Of a stretch of 64,000 nt of DNA, positions 1 through 12,410 are shown piece by piece. This DNA is from Cetorhinus maximus (taxonomy: Eukaryota), in the NCBI RefSeq assembly GCF_964194155.1, contig NC_135895.1, positions 59,086,001-59,150,000 of the forward strand, in the 5' to 3' direction. The position numbers were made by a program, and so were the translations under genes. A model generated the notes under the pieces. It did not search any database. It was given only the letters and a program-made list of their open reading frames with translations, and was not told the origin of the DNA. Positions within the stretch are counted from its first letter, which is position 1. Every line of letters begins with the position of its first letter.

Positions 1-44
1 TGTGCTCGAGGTGACGTATTTTCTCACAAATAGATATTTTTGTT

Positions 45-580
45 TTCATATGGTCACCACATTTCAGGAAGGACATAATTGCACTGGAAAGAGTGCAGCG
101 GAGATTTACAAGAATTGTTGCCAGGACTTGAAAATTGCAGCTATGAGGAGAGATTGGATAGGCTAGGTTGTTTTCCTTAGAACAGAGACTAAGGGGTGAC
201 CTAATTGGGGTGTACAAAATTGACGGACCTAGATAGGGTGGACAGGAAAGACTTGTTTCCCCTAGCTGAGGGGTCAGTTACCAGGGGGCATAGATTTAAG
301 GTGGTTGGTGGAAGGATTAGAGGGGACATGAGGAAAACTTTTTCACTGAGGGTAGTGGGCACCTGGAATTTATTGCCTAATTTGGTTGTTGAAGCTGAAG
401 CGCTCAACTTATTTAAAAGATACCCGGATCTGCATCTGAAGTGCTGTAACCTGCAAAGCTATGGACCAGGTGCTGGAAAGTAGGATTACAATGAGCAACT
501 AGTTTCTTTTTTCTTTGGCTGGTGTAGACACAATGGGCTGAATGGCATCTTTCTGCACTGTTACTTTTCTATGGCTCTAT
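45..580 (+). mobile_element. CR1-type LINE 3' fragment (last intron of SERBP1)
   Basis: LERVQRRFTR-, LFPLAEGSVTRGHRFK- and RVVGTWN-like ORF2 C-terminus, followed by a tctatgg-like tail. Confidence 0.85.
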
Positions 581-639
581 CGTTCATTTTGGAAACTTGC
601 AAGAATCTCTGTTTTCTCTGCAGAAACATTGTTCACCTG

Positions 640-850
640 ACTTACTGGTTACTTGCAATTATTTAGTGCCTTTCGCGACTACCAGATGTCACCAAGTGCT
701 TTACAGCCAATTTGCGCGCGCGCGCACACAAATAGCAATGTGATAATCAGATATTCTGCTTTTGTGATATTGATTGAGGGACACATATTGGTCAGGACAC
801 TGGGGATAACTCCTGTTCTTCAAAATAGTTGCCATAGTTTTAACATTTAA
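640..850 (-). mobile_element. SINE remnant (Deu-domain/SacSINE1-like)
   Basis: Shares gtgctttacagccaat and agcaatgtgataat with the copies at 28075-28380 and 43335-43790. Confidence 0.55.
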
Positions 851-1396
851 AATACTAAAATTGCATCTTTAATCAATTATTTTCTTGTTTTAAAAAACAA
901 ATATTTGAGTCAAGCACACAACTTGTGCTCTCTGTAGGAAGAGCGGACAGTATAATTTTTCATCAAAAGATGTAAATCACCTTTGACTTTGCCTGCGAGT
1001 TCACCTTGAAAGTATTCAGGTCTAGGTTCTTGCAGAGCACTAAACTCAATGAACTCAATTGATTTAACATTTTTGTTACTATAATCTACCCTGAATATTA
1101 TTGTACAAGCGTGTTTTATTTCATCTGGTTATTGTAATCTAAACTAATCATTTATTGGTACTAAATTGTTGTGGAGATATTGATAAATTCTTGTTATTTC
1201 CCTCAAATTCTTAGCCGTATGATACTTGCAGTGAAATGACCTGTTCACATTTACTAAATAAAGCACTGGCTGACTCAAAAGCTTGTATTTTTCGCTTTGT
1301 TCCTTGAATAGTGTTTCTGAATTTGCATTTTATAGTGCTAGTTTCCTTTCTCATCTGTTATTGAATTTTTGATCAAATTTCTTTATCATTTTGCAG

Positions 1397-1453
1397 TCTA
1401 GCATCTCAGTTCCAAATGTTGATGATCCAGAAGCTTTCCCAGCTCTGGCCTAA
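1397..1453 (+). CDS. SERBP1: SERBP1 terminal coding exon (SSISVPNVDDPEAFPALA*)
   Basis: Polypyrimidine tract and ttgcag acceptor ending at 1396; the translation ends VDDPEAFPALA-TAA, the C-terminus I recognise from vertebrate SERBP1; tail-to-tail position next to IL12RB2 as in human. Confidence 0.95.
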   Translation, partial: SSISVPNVDDPEAFPALA

Positions 1454-3000
1454 GTGGATGTTGTCAGCCTGGCCTGAAGTCCTCGGTGGGGCCCCCTCTA
1501 TGAGGCTTGCATGCTTAAGGAACCCTTCTCAACTATATTAACAGAAAAAAGGAAAAAAAAAGACTCATCCATGCCATTCACACTTACGAACTGTCCACAA
1601 GGAATTGTTGAAATGGACTTCTCTTGCTACACAGAAGCAACAAATATTGGTAGCTGGTTTTATATCCACAAAAAAGTAAATGGTAGCAGAGGAAAAAAGC
1701 TGTTTTCATAATAAATTTTCAGAAATTATTCATTCTTCATGGATTGATACTTTTTTGTATTGCTGCTTGAAAATAATGCATTTCCAAGCTTGAAATAGAG
1801 GTGTGAAGAGTGTGTATCAATGAATTTCAGTAGGGTGGTTTATTTCAATGCGTATAGAATCATCTTGCCTTTATCAGGTGATCTTTCTTAATGCAATTTA
1901 GAATGCTGCTGATCTGTTACTCACCTGGTGCAGTAAGTTTCAAGGAAATGCACCCCTGTTTAAGAATGGAAAAGGTACTGTCTCAGATTTTTCTGGGAAG
2001 AAATTGTCCTTTTATGGTTTGACATTGCAAGAGCTAGGATTCCACTGCCTCCCCACCCCCATACCCTTCCCCAGTATTTTGGCTAATGGAGCAGATATCA
2101 CTGAAATGGACATTGTTTCATAGCAGTTTTTTAAAGTATTGTTATAAGTGTTATGTATAAGATAACATAGTGGTTGTGTTACTGGGCTAGTATTCCAGAG
2201 GCCTGGACTAATGATCCAAAGACATGAGTTCAAATCTCACCATGGCAGCTGGGGAATTTGAATTCAGTTAATTAAATAAATTTGGAATAAGAAGTGACCA
2301 CAAACTGCTGAATTGTTGTAAACCCCATCTGGTTCAGTAATGTCCTTTAGGGAAGGAAATCTGTCCTTACCTGGTCTGATCTACATGTGACCCCAGAGCA
2401 ATGTGGTTGGTTCTTAACTGCCCTCTGAAATGGCCTAGCAAGCCACTCAGTTGTATTCAAGAAGACTGCTCACCACCACCTTTTCAAGGGCAATTAGAAA
2501 TGAATAATAAATGTTGGGCTTTGCTAATGACACCCACATCCCCATGAATGAATAAAAAGGTAACTTCTCCCTCCTTCCCATCCCTTTCTAAGCCACTCTT
2601 CATATACAGGTTTCACTGGACCATGTGCTATCTGCATATGCGAGGATGTGGGAATCATGCTCCTGGACCTTTGACAAAAAGTGTTGTTTAGCCATCTGTT
2701 TGACCAATGTGTCCAGGCAGTGCTGTTTTGGCATCTTCTATAAATACCTCCCCTCTCTTCCTAAGGAGGTGCTGAGAGGAGACTGGCCATTCAGCACAGC
2801 AACCTACCTTATCTACTTTTTTAAGGCACTGGATTTATACTTTGTTTGCTGAGGCACCTTGATGGTGCGGTTTCTTACTATTTTTAGTATTTATGGTGAC
2901 CCTGAAAGACTGGAACCTAGGATTTCAAAATAAATGCTGTAATATGGAAGTCTAACTTGTCCATTGCTGAAGTTCCAATAAAAAGAGTACTTTCAAAATG
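1454..3000 (+). other. SERBP1: SERBP1 3'UTR (proximal part; 3' end uncertain)
   Basis: Follows the stop codon. AATAAA candidates at 1710, 2929 and 2977. Blocks in 1505-1820 resemble the mammalian SERBP1 3'UTR as I recall it. Confidence 0.6.
2165..2560 (+). mobile_element. tRNA-derived SINE inside the SERBP1 3' region
   Basis: A-box-like tagtggtt, B-box gagttcaaatc, tail catcccc-atgaatgaataaaaa; reverse-strand relatives at 12060-12410 and 16150-16600. Confidence 0.8.
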
Positions 3001-4699
3001 TTACAAAAACAAGTGAGGTACCATTTTGCATGTCAGTTAACTTAAAAGTGAAATGGTATTTCATTTTTTAAAAAACCACAAATTCCAACTTTAAATATGC
3101 ACACTTGTGTGTATTTTTGTTTGGGTTTTTTTAAGGTTGTTCCAGCAAGCTAAAATGGCATGTGTAGTTGTGACCAGATAACAAATTGTTAGTTTTGTTT
3201 TGAACCCAGAAAGGCCTTTAGACAAACAATATGGCTATTTTTCTATTGGTATACTGCAAAAAAAAAACCCTGATGTTTGCAAACTGGTAACCAGTGAAAG
3301 TTATGAGAATTATGTTTGCAATAGTTGAGTGGTATAATGGATCAGATCTTGGCATTTGAACCATTGGATGATGGGTTTGAGCATCTTGTCAATTTCAGTT
3401 GCTTTCTTGGAGGATAAAAGCCCAAAGCACAAAATTGTTCATAACTTAGTATTATAACAAGTTGGACATGTTAGCACTAGGAAGACCAACATGAGTAATA
3501 TAATTGAATCTGGCAGTATGTTCTGACATGAGGTTAAGGCATGTTAGTGCAAATTTGGGAAAGGCTCGTTTAACTGCTATACCTGACTTTGGATTGCTTG
3601 ATGTGGACACCAGATGTTCAAAAAGTGAAATATCTAGTGTCCCAAAAAATGCCATAAATTTCACTCAAAAACATTGCCTAATGCCAGCATCTATCTAGTC
3701 AGCTTCATTGTTCTATTAAAGACTTCAGCCAAGGGATACACAAGAAGATTTATTTCCATTCATGGGGGAAACCTAAATTTTTTAAAAGGCAGCCTTTCTG
3801 TTATGTCCTGTTAACCTTGATTCTTTTAGTAGTGATAGTAAACCTATAAGCATTAATAGTTATTAACAACATGCTGTTTACTTGTTGGAGCAGAACAGTG
3901 AGCAATCATTCATTACTTGAGGTGTGCAAATGCTAGTCTACTCAATTGCTCTATTCCAGATGTTCTAAAAGTGGGTTTTCCATACTTCTACCTCAAGGTA
4001 TGCATTTGGAATTGTTATTTACAGTTGGGATATGGAGTGGAGAAACTGCTTGTATGGATCTTATCCTGCCTTTGATGAATGAGGAATGTAGTTGAGTATT
4101 CCCATCCTAGGAAGTTCACCATGCTTCTGAGCTGACTGTTGCAAACAGCCTTGGAAGTCACTGAGATGCTTGTAAGTGTATTGATATCTACAGTTCACTA
4201 CTGTAGGACTTGAGCACTAGTTAGGTTGTGTTAACACAGTATCCTTTTTTTTGGAGGGTATAAACCTTTAGGTGAGTTAACTTGAGATCCTGTTTTGCCT
4301 ACTTTGATAGTTTGGATGCTAATTAAAGATCTTATAGGACTTAAAGAATAATTAACCTGCTTTTGGTAGTTGAAGGAGGAGTGGCCAACATTCCTCCCTC
4401 AACCACTACCACCAAAGATAGATTAACTAGTTATCTAATTGTGGCAGTTTATTATATATGTTATTGCAATATAATTCTGTGCACATTGAAATGTGAGAGA
4501 GTGCTATATATATAAAAGCCCTTTATGCTCTTTAGTTTGCCTGTTCATAAGAATCTATTCTTTGTCTTGGTTCTCACTGGCACCCAATCTCCAATTTCTC
4601 TTTCCTGTCCAAATACCTCAGTGTGTTCAACATGTATGCCCATCTTTGCCATAATGATTTGAATCATATTAATCATGTTTTAGTCTCTCCCATAGCAAT

Positions 4700-5620
4700 G
4701 ATGCAGCCTAACAAAAAGTCACAAATGATATTCAGTGATCATTATCCCTCCTTGGCCTCCCTCTGTTCTTAAAGTCAGGTCAAATGTGTTGCACCGCCAC
4801 CTCTTGCAATATCAAGCTAAGTGGGGCTATGGTTGGTTACAGTGTTACCTTTCTGAAGCCAGACCCTCTTTAGCAACAGCTTCCCTCCCCATCCCGGCCT
4901 TGTAATTTTAGGGATCTTTTCACTCTGCCCCTTCAAAGATCCATCCTTGATCCCTCTTACTAACATGCTGCTTTATGGCAGCAACATGTATGCTGATGAT
5001 GCTCCACTCTACCTTTTGGCACCTCCTATAAGCCCTCTATCAAATGACTTTCTCCTAATTCAGTTTTGGATGTGACTTTACTTCCAGCAGCTTAAACATT
5101 GGGAAGATTAATGCCATATACTTTAGCACCTGGCACAAACTCCTTATGACTACATCCTTCGAACTAGCCACTTTGTCTGTCTTGAACACAATGTTCTAAA
5201 CTTTGGAGTGATTCGATCAAGTTCTGTTTCCAGCTCAATTGTTTTCTGCAACACACAGTTCATTGCTGATGTGTGTATATTTTTTAAAAAACCTACTTCT
5301 GCCATTCTACTTCACCTATCTTGTGCAATCCTCACTTGTGGCTTTGTTGCTTTCTCTATTATATGACCAGCCTGATCCTCCATCTCTGTCCATATTCTAC
5401 TTAGCTTATCACCCTCTTCCTTGTTGATCGTACATTTGGCTGTTGGTCTGCAATGCCACAAATTTGATATTCCCGTCTTAGTGTCTAAGTTCCTCCGTAA
5501 CCTTGCCAATCCCTATTTATAACTTCGAGTGCTCCTTCTCTTTCCCCCTCCCCCACAAGCCACATTCTCTTTTTCCTGACTGGCCTCTACCTGCTCCAGT
5601 ATAACTAGCCTCAAGATGTC
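4700..5620 (+). mobile_element. Highly decayed L2-like LINE fragment
   Basis: atgtatgctgatgatgctccactctac encodes the RT motif MYADDAPLY; C/T-rich L2-like composition. Confidence 0.6.
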
Positions 5621-5939
5621 TCTATTTACAGCAAGTACTCCATGTGGAGGACATAAAGGAATGTGATCTATCCTAACAGGATAATACATTGTGTGTCAAA
5701 TGATCCCGATGTTACATAATTTACAAACAGCAATATTTTATGTTGCATATTGGTAATCCTAAGGGTATTCACTTCTGTGGACAAAATAAAACTCCGTTAC
5801 AACTAAAATACTGTTGACAAACTTGATGGCTATATACTAGAGGTGTTCTTTTTAATCAGTGTGGAACTCTTATTGTACATTCTATAGCGATTTTGGTTTT
5901 TTATGGCTACCTGCAAACTATAGAGTCAGCGTTTATGTT

Positions 5940-8900
5940 ATGAACATACGAATTAGGACCAGGAGTAGGCCACTTGGCCCCTCGAACCTCCCCCGCCATT
6001 CAATAAGATCATGGCTGATCTGAATGTAACCGTAACCCCACATTTCTGCTTACCCTGATAACCTTTCAACCCTTGTTAATCAAGAATCTGTCTAGCTCTG
6101 TTTTAAAATTATTCAAAGACACTGCTTCCACTGCCCTTTAATGAGGAGTTTCAAAGAGACTCAAACCTCAAAATTTCTCCCATAAGACAAAGCGGAAGTA
6201 GGCTATTCGGCCCATCGAGTCTGCTCTGCCATTCAATGAGATCATGGTTGATCTGATAATCCTCAACTCTGCTTTCCTGCCTTTTCCCCATAACCCTGGA
6301 TTTCCTTACTGATGAAAAGTTTGTCTATCTCAGCCTTGAATATACTTAACGACCCAGCCCCTACAGCCCTCTACGGTAAAGAATTCCACAGATTCGCTAC
6401 CCTCAGAAAAGGAATTCCTTCTCACCTTTGTCTTAAATGGGTGGCCCCTTACTCTGAGATCATGCCCTCTGGTCCTAGACTCTCACAAGGGGAAACGACC
6501 TCTCAGCATCTACCCTGTTAAGCCCCCTAAGAATCTTATGTTTCAATAAGATCAATAAAATAGATTCTTCTAAACTCCAATGAGTACAGGCTCAACTTCT
6601 CATAAGAAATCTCTCCATACCCGGGATCAACCTAGTGAACCTTCTCTGGACTGCCTCCAATGCTAGTATATCTTTGTTCACAGTACTCTAGGTGTGGTCT
6701 AACTAGTGCCTTGTATAGTTTTAGCAAGACTTCCCTATTTTTATACTCCATTCTCTTTGAAATAAAGGCCAACATTCCATTTGCCTTCCCTATTACCTGC
6801 TGATCTTGTATGCTAATTTTTCATGATTCATGCACGAGGACCGCCAAATCCCTCTCTGCTGCAGCTTTCTGCAGTCTTTTCTCTATTTAAATAATATTCA
6901 GTTCCTCTATTCTTCCTGCTAAAGTGCATAACCTCACATTTTCCCACATTATATCCTATCTACCAAGCTTTTGCCCGCTCACTTAACCTGTCTATTACCC
7001 TCTAGACTTTGTGGCATCCTCACCACTTGCCTTCCCACCTATTTTTGTCATCTACAAACTTGGCGTTAGTACATTCACTTCCCTCATCTAAGTCATTAAC
7101 ATATATTGTAAATAATTGGCCCCCACCACTGATACCTGTGGCACTCCAGTTACAGACTGCCATCCTGAAAATGCCCCCTTTATCCCAACTCTCTTGTCTT
7201 AACCAATCTTCTATCTATGCTAATATGGAATACCATGGGCTCTTATTTTATTAAGTAGTCTTAGGTGTGGTACCTTATCGAACGCCTTTTGGAAATCCAA
7301 ATATATTACAACTACTGGTTCCCCTTTAACCTGCTTGTTACCTCAAAGAATTCTAATAAATTTGTCAGGCATGATTTCGTCTCCATGAAGCCATGCTGAC
7401 TCTGCTTGATTACGTTATGCATTTCTAAATGCTCAGCTATTACACCCTTTATAATGGGCTCAACGTTTTCCCAATGACAAATGTTAAGCTAACTGGCCTA
7501 TAGTTGCCTGTTTTTTTTTCTTCTTTCTCTCTCTCTCTCCCCCCTGCCCCCAAAAACCTTTTTTTTTGAATTAGCGTGTTCTCCAATCCTCTGGGACTTT
7601 TCCAGAATCTAAGGATCCTTGGAAGATTACTACCAGTGCATCCACTATCTGTGTAGCTACTTCCTTTAATATCCTAGGATGCAACCCATCAGGTCCAGGT
7701 GTCTTATTGGCCTTTAGCCCCATTAGTTTCCTTAGTACTTTTTGTCCAGTGATAGTTATTGTATTTATTTCCTCCCCCCTTTGCCCCTTGATTTGATTAG
7801 TATTTTTGGAATGCTATTAGTGTCTTCTATTGTGAAGACTGATGCAAAGTATTTATTCAACTCTTCTGCCATTTCCTGGTTCCCCATTGTTATTTCCCAG
7901 CCTCATTCAATAAAGGGCCTATGTTCACTTTTGGCCTCTCTCTTGCTTTTTTATATATTTAAAGAAGCTCTTACTGTCTGTTTTTATATTACTTTCTAGT
8001 TTACCCTCAAAGTTTATTCTCATTATTTTTATTTTTTGGTCACCTTATGTTGGTTTTTAAAACTTTCCCAATCCTCTGGCTTACTACTAATCTTTGCCAC
8101 GTATGTTTTTTATTTCAATTTGATACTATCCTTAATTTCCTTGGTTAACCATTGTTGGGTTTATCCTCTTCCTAGAATCCTCTTTCCTCACTGGATATAT
8201 CTTTGGTGTGAGTCATGAACTATTTTCTTAAATATCTGCCATTGTTCATCAACTGTCTTTTCTTTCCCAGTCCATCCAGCCAACCCTGCCCTCATTCCTT
8301 TGTAATTACCCTTATTTAAGTTTAGCACAATTGTTTCCGACCTAGGTTTCTCGCACAAACTGAATGCTAAATTCTACCATGTTATGGTCACTATTTCCTA
8401 GGAGATCTTTTACTCTGAGTTAATTTATTAAACCTGCCTAATTACACATAACCAGATCCAAAATAGCCTCATCCCTGGTTGATCCACAACATATTGTTCT
8501 AGGAAACTGTCCCGAATACACTATGAATTCTTACCTGTGGCAAGATTAAAGTCATACATGATTAATGTATTGCCTTTTTTACATGCCCTCATTATCTCTT
8601 GATTTATTCTCTGTCCTACAGTATAGCTACTGTTAGGGGGCCTATAAACTACTTCCACCTTCCCCTTGTTATTTCTTACCTCCACCCATATGTATTCTAC
8701 ATCTTCTGATCCAAGATCATTTCTTGCTGTTGCACTTATTCCATCTTGTACTAACAAAGTTACCCCACCACCCTTCCTGCCTGTCCTTTCGAAAAGCCTC
8801 ATACCCCTGAATTATTTCATTCCCAGCTTTGATCTCCTTGTGACCATGTCTCCGTAATAGCTATTAACCTCTTTGTGCTGTTAATTCATTTATTTTGTTC

Positions 8901-10990
8901 CGAATACTATATGTATTTAAGAGCCATTAATTTTGCCTTTTAACCATTATTTCCCCCCTTTGACCCTATGTTTGATTTTTTTTCATGTTTATACACACTG
9001 TCCTCTCCTGTCTCATTCTGGTAATCATTGCCTTTCTCCTCATTTCAGTCTTAAATGAGCGATCCCTTATTTTTAAACAGTGACCCCATTGTTCTAGATT
9101 TCTCCAAGAGGAAATATCCTCTCCACATCCACCCTGTCAAGACTATTCGGGATCTTAAAGGTTTCAATTAAGTCGCCTCTTACTGTTCTATATTCCAGTG
9201 GATACAAGCCTAACCTCTCCACCCTTTCCCAGTAAGACAACCCACAAAATACCATTCCTGGTATTAGCCTAGCAGACCTTCTCTGAACTGCTAATGGAGT
9301 TACATCCTTCCTTAAATAAGGAGGCCAATACTGTACGCAGTACTCCAGATGTGGTCTCACCAATGCCCTATGCAACTGAAGCATAACCTCCCTACTTTTG
9401 TAATTAGTTCCCCTTCACAATAAATGATAACATTCTATTAGTTTCCCTAATTACCTCCTGTACCTGCATACTAACCTTTTGTGATTCATGCATTAGGACA
9501 CCCAGATCCCTCCTGAATCTCAGAGCCCTGCAATCTCTCACCATTTAGATGAGCTTTTTTATTGTTCCTACCAAAATGAATGATTTCACATTTGCCCACA
9601 TTATACTCCATTTGCCAGATCTTTGCCCACTCACTTGTCCATTTGTAGCCTCCTTATGTCCTCTTCACAATTTACTTCCCTACCTATCTTTGTCGTCAGG
9701 AAATTTAGCAACCATTCCTTCGGTCCCTTCATCCAAGTCATTTATATAAATTGTAAAAGGCTGAGGCCCCAGCACTGATCCCTGTGGGCACACCACTCGT
9801 CACATGCTGCCAACCAGAAGACCCATTTATGCCAGCTCTCTGCTTCCTGTACGGCTAGCCAATCTTATATCCATGCCAATATGTTACCCCCTACACCATA
9901 AGCTTTTATTTTCTGCAATAACCTTTGATGTGGCATTTTATCAAATTCCTTCTGGAAATCGTAAGTACAGTACATCCACCAGTTTCCCTTTATCCACAGC
10001 ACATGTGATTCCTTCAAAGAACTCCAACAAATTTGTTAAACATGATTTCCCTTTTGCAAAACCATGTTATCTCTGCCTGATTTCCATGAATTTTTCGAAG
10101 TTCCCTACTATAACATTAATAATAGCTTCTAACCTTTTCCCTATGACGATGTTAGGCTAACTGGCCTGTAGTTTCCTGCTTCCTGTCTCCCTCCCTTTTT
10201 GAATAAAGGAGTTATATTTGCTATTTTCCAATCTAATGGGAACCTTCCCTGAATCTAGGGAATTTTCAAAAATTAAAACCATCTCAACTATCTCACTAGC
10301 CACTTCTTTCAAGACGTTACGGTGAAGTCCATTTGGGTTTGGGGATTTGTCAGCCCGCAGCCCCAACAATTTGCTTAATACCACTTCCCTGGCGATAGTA
10401 ATTTTCCTGAGTTCCTCCTTCCCTTCCATTTCCCGATTTTACAGCCATTTCCAAGATGTTACTTGTGTCCTCTATAGTGAAGACTGAAGCAAAATACCTG
10501 TTTAATTCATCCACCATCTCCCTACTTTCCATTACCAATTCCCCAGATGCACTTTCCATAGGACCAACACTCACTTTGTTATCTCTTCATAAGAGTTTCT
10601 ACTGATATTTAAATATCAGTCTTTATATTACAGCTTTCTCTCATACTCTTAATTTTTCCCCCTTTATTAATCTTTTTGTCATTCTTTGCTGTTTTTTTAT
10701 ATTCTTTCCAATCTTCTGACCTGGCATCTGTCTTTGCATAATTATATGCCTTTTCTTTAAGTTTGACACTCTTTAACTTTTTTAGCTAACCACGAATGCT
10801 GTCCCCTTGGAATTTTCCTCTCATTGGGATGTATAGATTCTGTTAATTCTGAAATATCCCTTTAAATGTCTGCCACTGAACCTCTATTGACCTACCCCTT
10901 AACTTCGTTTGCCAGTTGACTTCAGCTAGCTCTGCTTTCATGCCTTCATAATTGCCATTATTTAAGTTTAAAATACTAGTTTTGGACACA
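5940..10990 (-). mobile_element. CR1 LINE (host copy; parts 5940-6180 and 9033-10990), interrupted by a second CR1
   Basis: ORF remnants LVRPHLEYCVQYW, LRADKSP.P.GLH.. and ELNRYFASVFT; 3' tail at about 5940. Confidence 0.88.
6181..9032 (-). mobile_element. Nested CR1 LINE with APE endonuclease and RT remnants
   Basis: ORF 8521-8802 (RKGGGVTLLV...IWVEV...YRPPN) is the APE domain. 3' tail at 6181. tttctcc flanks both sides (6174-6180, 9033-9039). Confidence 0.88.
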
Positions 10991-11079
10991 TTTGTATTCT
11001 TAAGACATATCAATTAGTTCATCCATTAATAATCTATGCTCAAGGGAGCACAATTTTTTCAACCTGCCCTCATTTTAGC

Positions 11080-11460
11080 CCCAGTATTCTGATGAATGTG
11101 TTACATTCCTTCCCTCACCCATACACCTACCAACATATTTTTCCTGAGGTGCAGTGCCCAGAACTGAACACACTACATCAGATGAACTTTAATCAGAGAT
11201 CAAGGTATAACTAACTATGACTTTATATTCCAGTAGCTTGGATATATTTGCCAACATTTTTTTAGTTTTCTTAATTATTGTTTGCATATCCATTCGTTTT
11301 TATTGGTTTCTGTACATGGACTCCTAAATCTCTGCTCCTCCAGTTTTCCTAGTTACTCACCATTTAGAAAATATCTGATTTATCTGTCTTGGGTCCGAAG
11401 TGGATGACTTTGCATTTCCCCACACTAAACTGCCCACTCGTTTTGCCTGTCAATGGCCCA
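11080..11460 (-). mobile_element. Decayed CR1 fragment
   Basis: FSVGKCKVIHFG-like motif in ORF 11364-11561. Confidence 0.7.
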
Positions 11461-12059
11461 TAGCAACTTTCCATATATTGAAAGTGGTTGAAGTATGAGG
11501 CTTGCAGTAATGTGAATGTGTTGAATTTTGTTAGTATATGCAATATATTTGTGATGAACATGATGACCTAAGTTTATATTTAAAAGAAGCTTCTTTGTTT
11601 TCAAAGTGAAGTTGAATCAAATGCTATTTAAAAACTTGGAAAATGTACATATTCTCCATTATTGCACAATGAAAACAGCCTTGCTGCTTTGGTCAGTCAT
11701 TTGTGAGAAATTAATATTGCTAAGGAAAGGAGAAAAACCAGTTTGTTTAGGATCAGTGGGATTTAATTTTACTTATTTAGTCTGTTGATGTAATAGATCT
11801 GAACTGGCCTGTAGTTACTTTGTTTTAAACAGCTTTGATCTGAACAATGTTTTCATACTTGTGTACAAATCAAGCATAAAAGGAATCCAATTTAAGGTTT
11901 ATTACTAAAGTATTGCTCCCTACATTGCATGACGTATCAAATGGCTTTCTGTCCTGCTGTTGCTCTGCTCATTCCCCTCGGAAGTGAGAAGAACAGACTA
12001 AATCTGCAATTCTTAGGAACAAATTGAGATTTGCACAGGTAAGTTTTTGTTTAAATTAT

Positions 12060-12410
12060 TCTTACCATGGCTTTATGCTGACAATCCAGTATTTATTTCC
12101 CATCCCTTGCTGCTCTTTAGAACAGACATGAAGAGTCAACCACGTAGTGTGGAACTGCAGTTGCGAGTAGGTAAGACCAGGTAAGGGTGACATGTTCCTA
12201 TTCCTAGAATCATATATTTAGCCTATTGTGCCTGATGAGTCCCTGAAGGACATTGAACAAGTTGGGTTTTTGCAACATTCTAAAAGCTTGATTGTTTTCT
12301 GGTACTAGCCCATACATTGTGAAATTTCTTGAATTCATTTTTATAATGGGGATTTAATTTTGTCACTGTTCATAGTCAATTGCTATAACCATTAGGCTAC
12401 TGTACCCTAA
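12060..12410 (-). mobile_element. tRNA-SINE copy (same family as 2165-2560), decayed
   Basis: Reverse-complement similarity (agtcaaccac, agaccaggtaaggg, ccctgaaggacatt). Confidence 0.65.

Noticed and set aside
1511-1711. 66-aa ORF after the SERBP1 stop
   Set aside because: Lies in the 3'UTR and crosses A-runs; conservation there appears to be at nucleotide level, with indels.
11551-11802. Two C-box-like motifs (gtgatga, atgatga)
   Set aside because: The nearest CTGA is about 240 nt away; expected by chance in AT-rich DNA.
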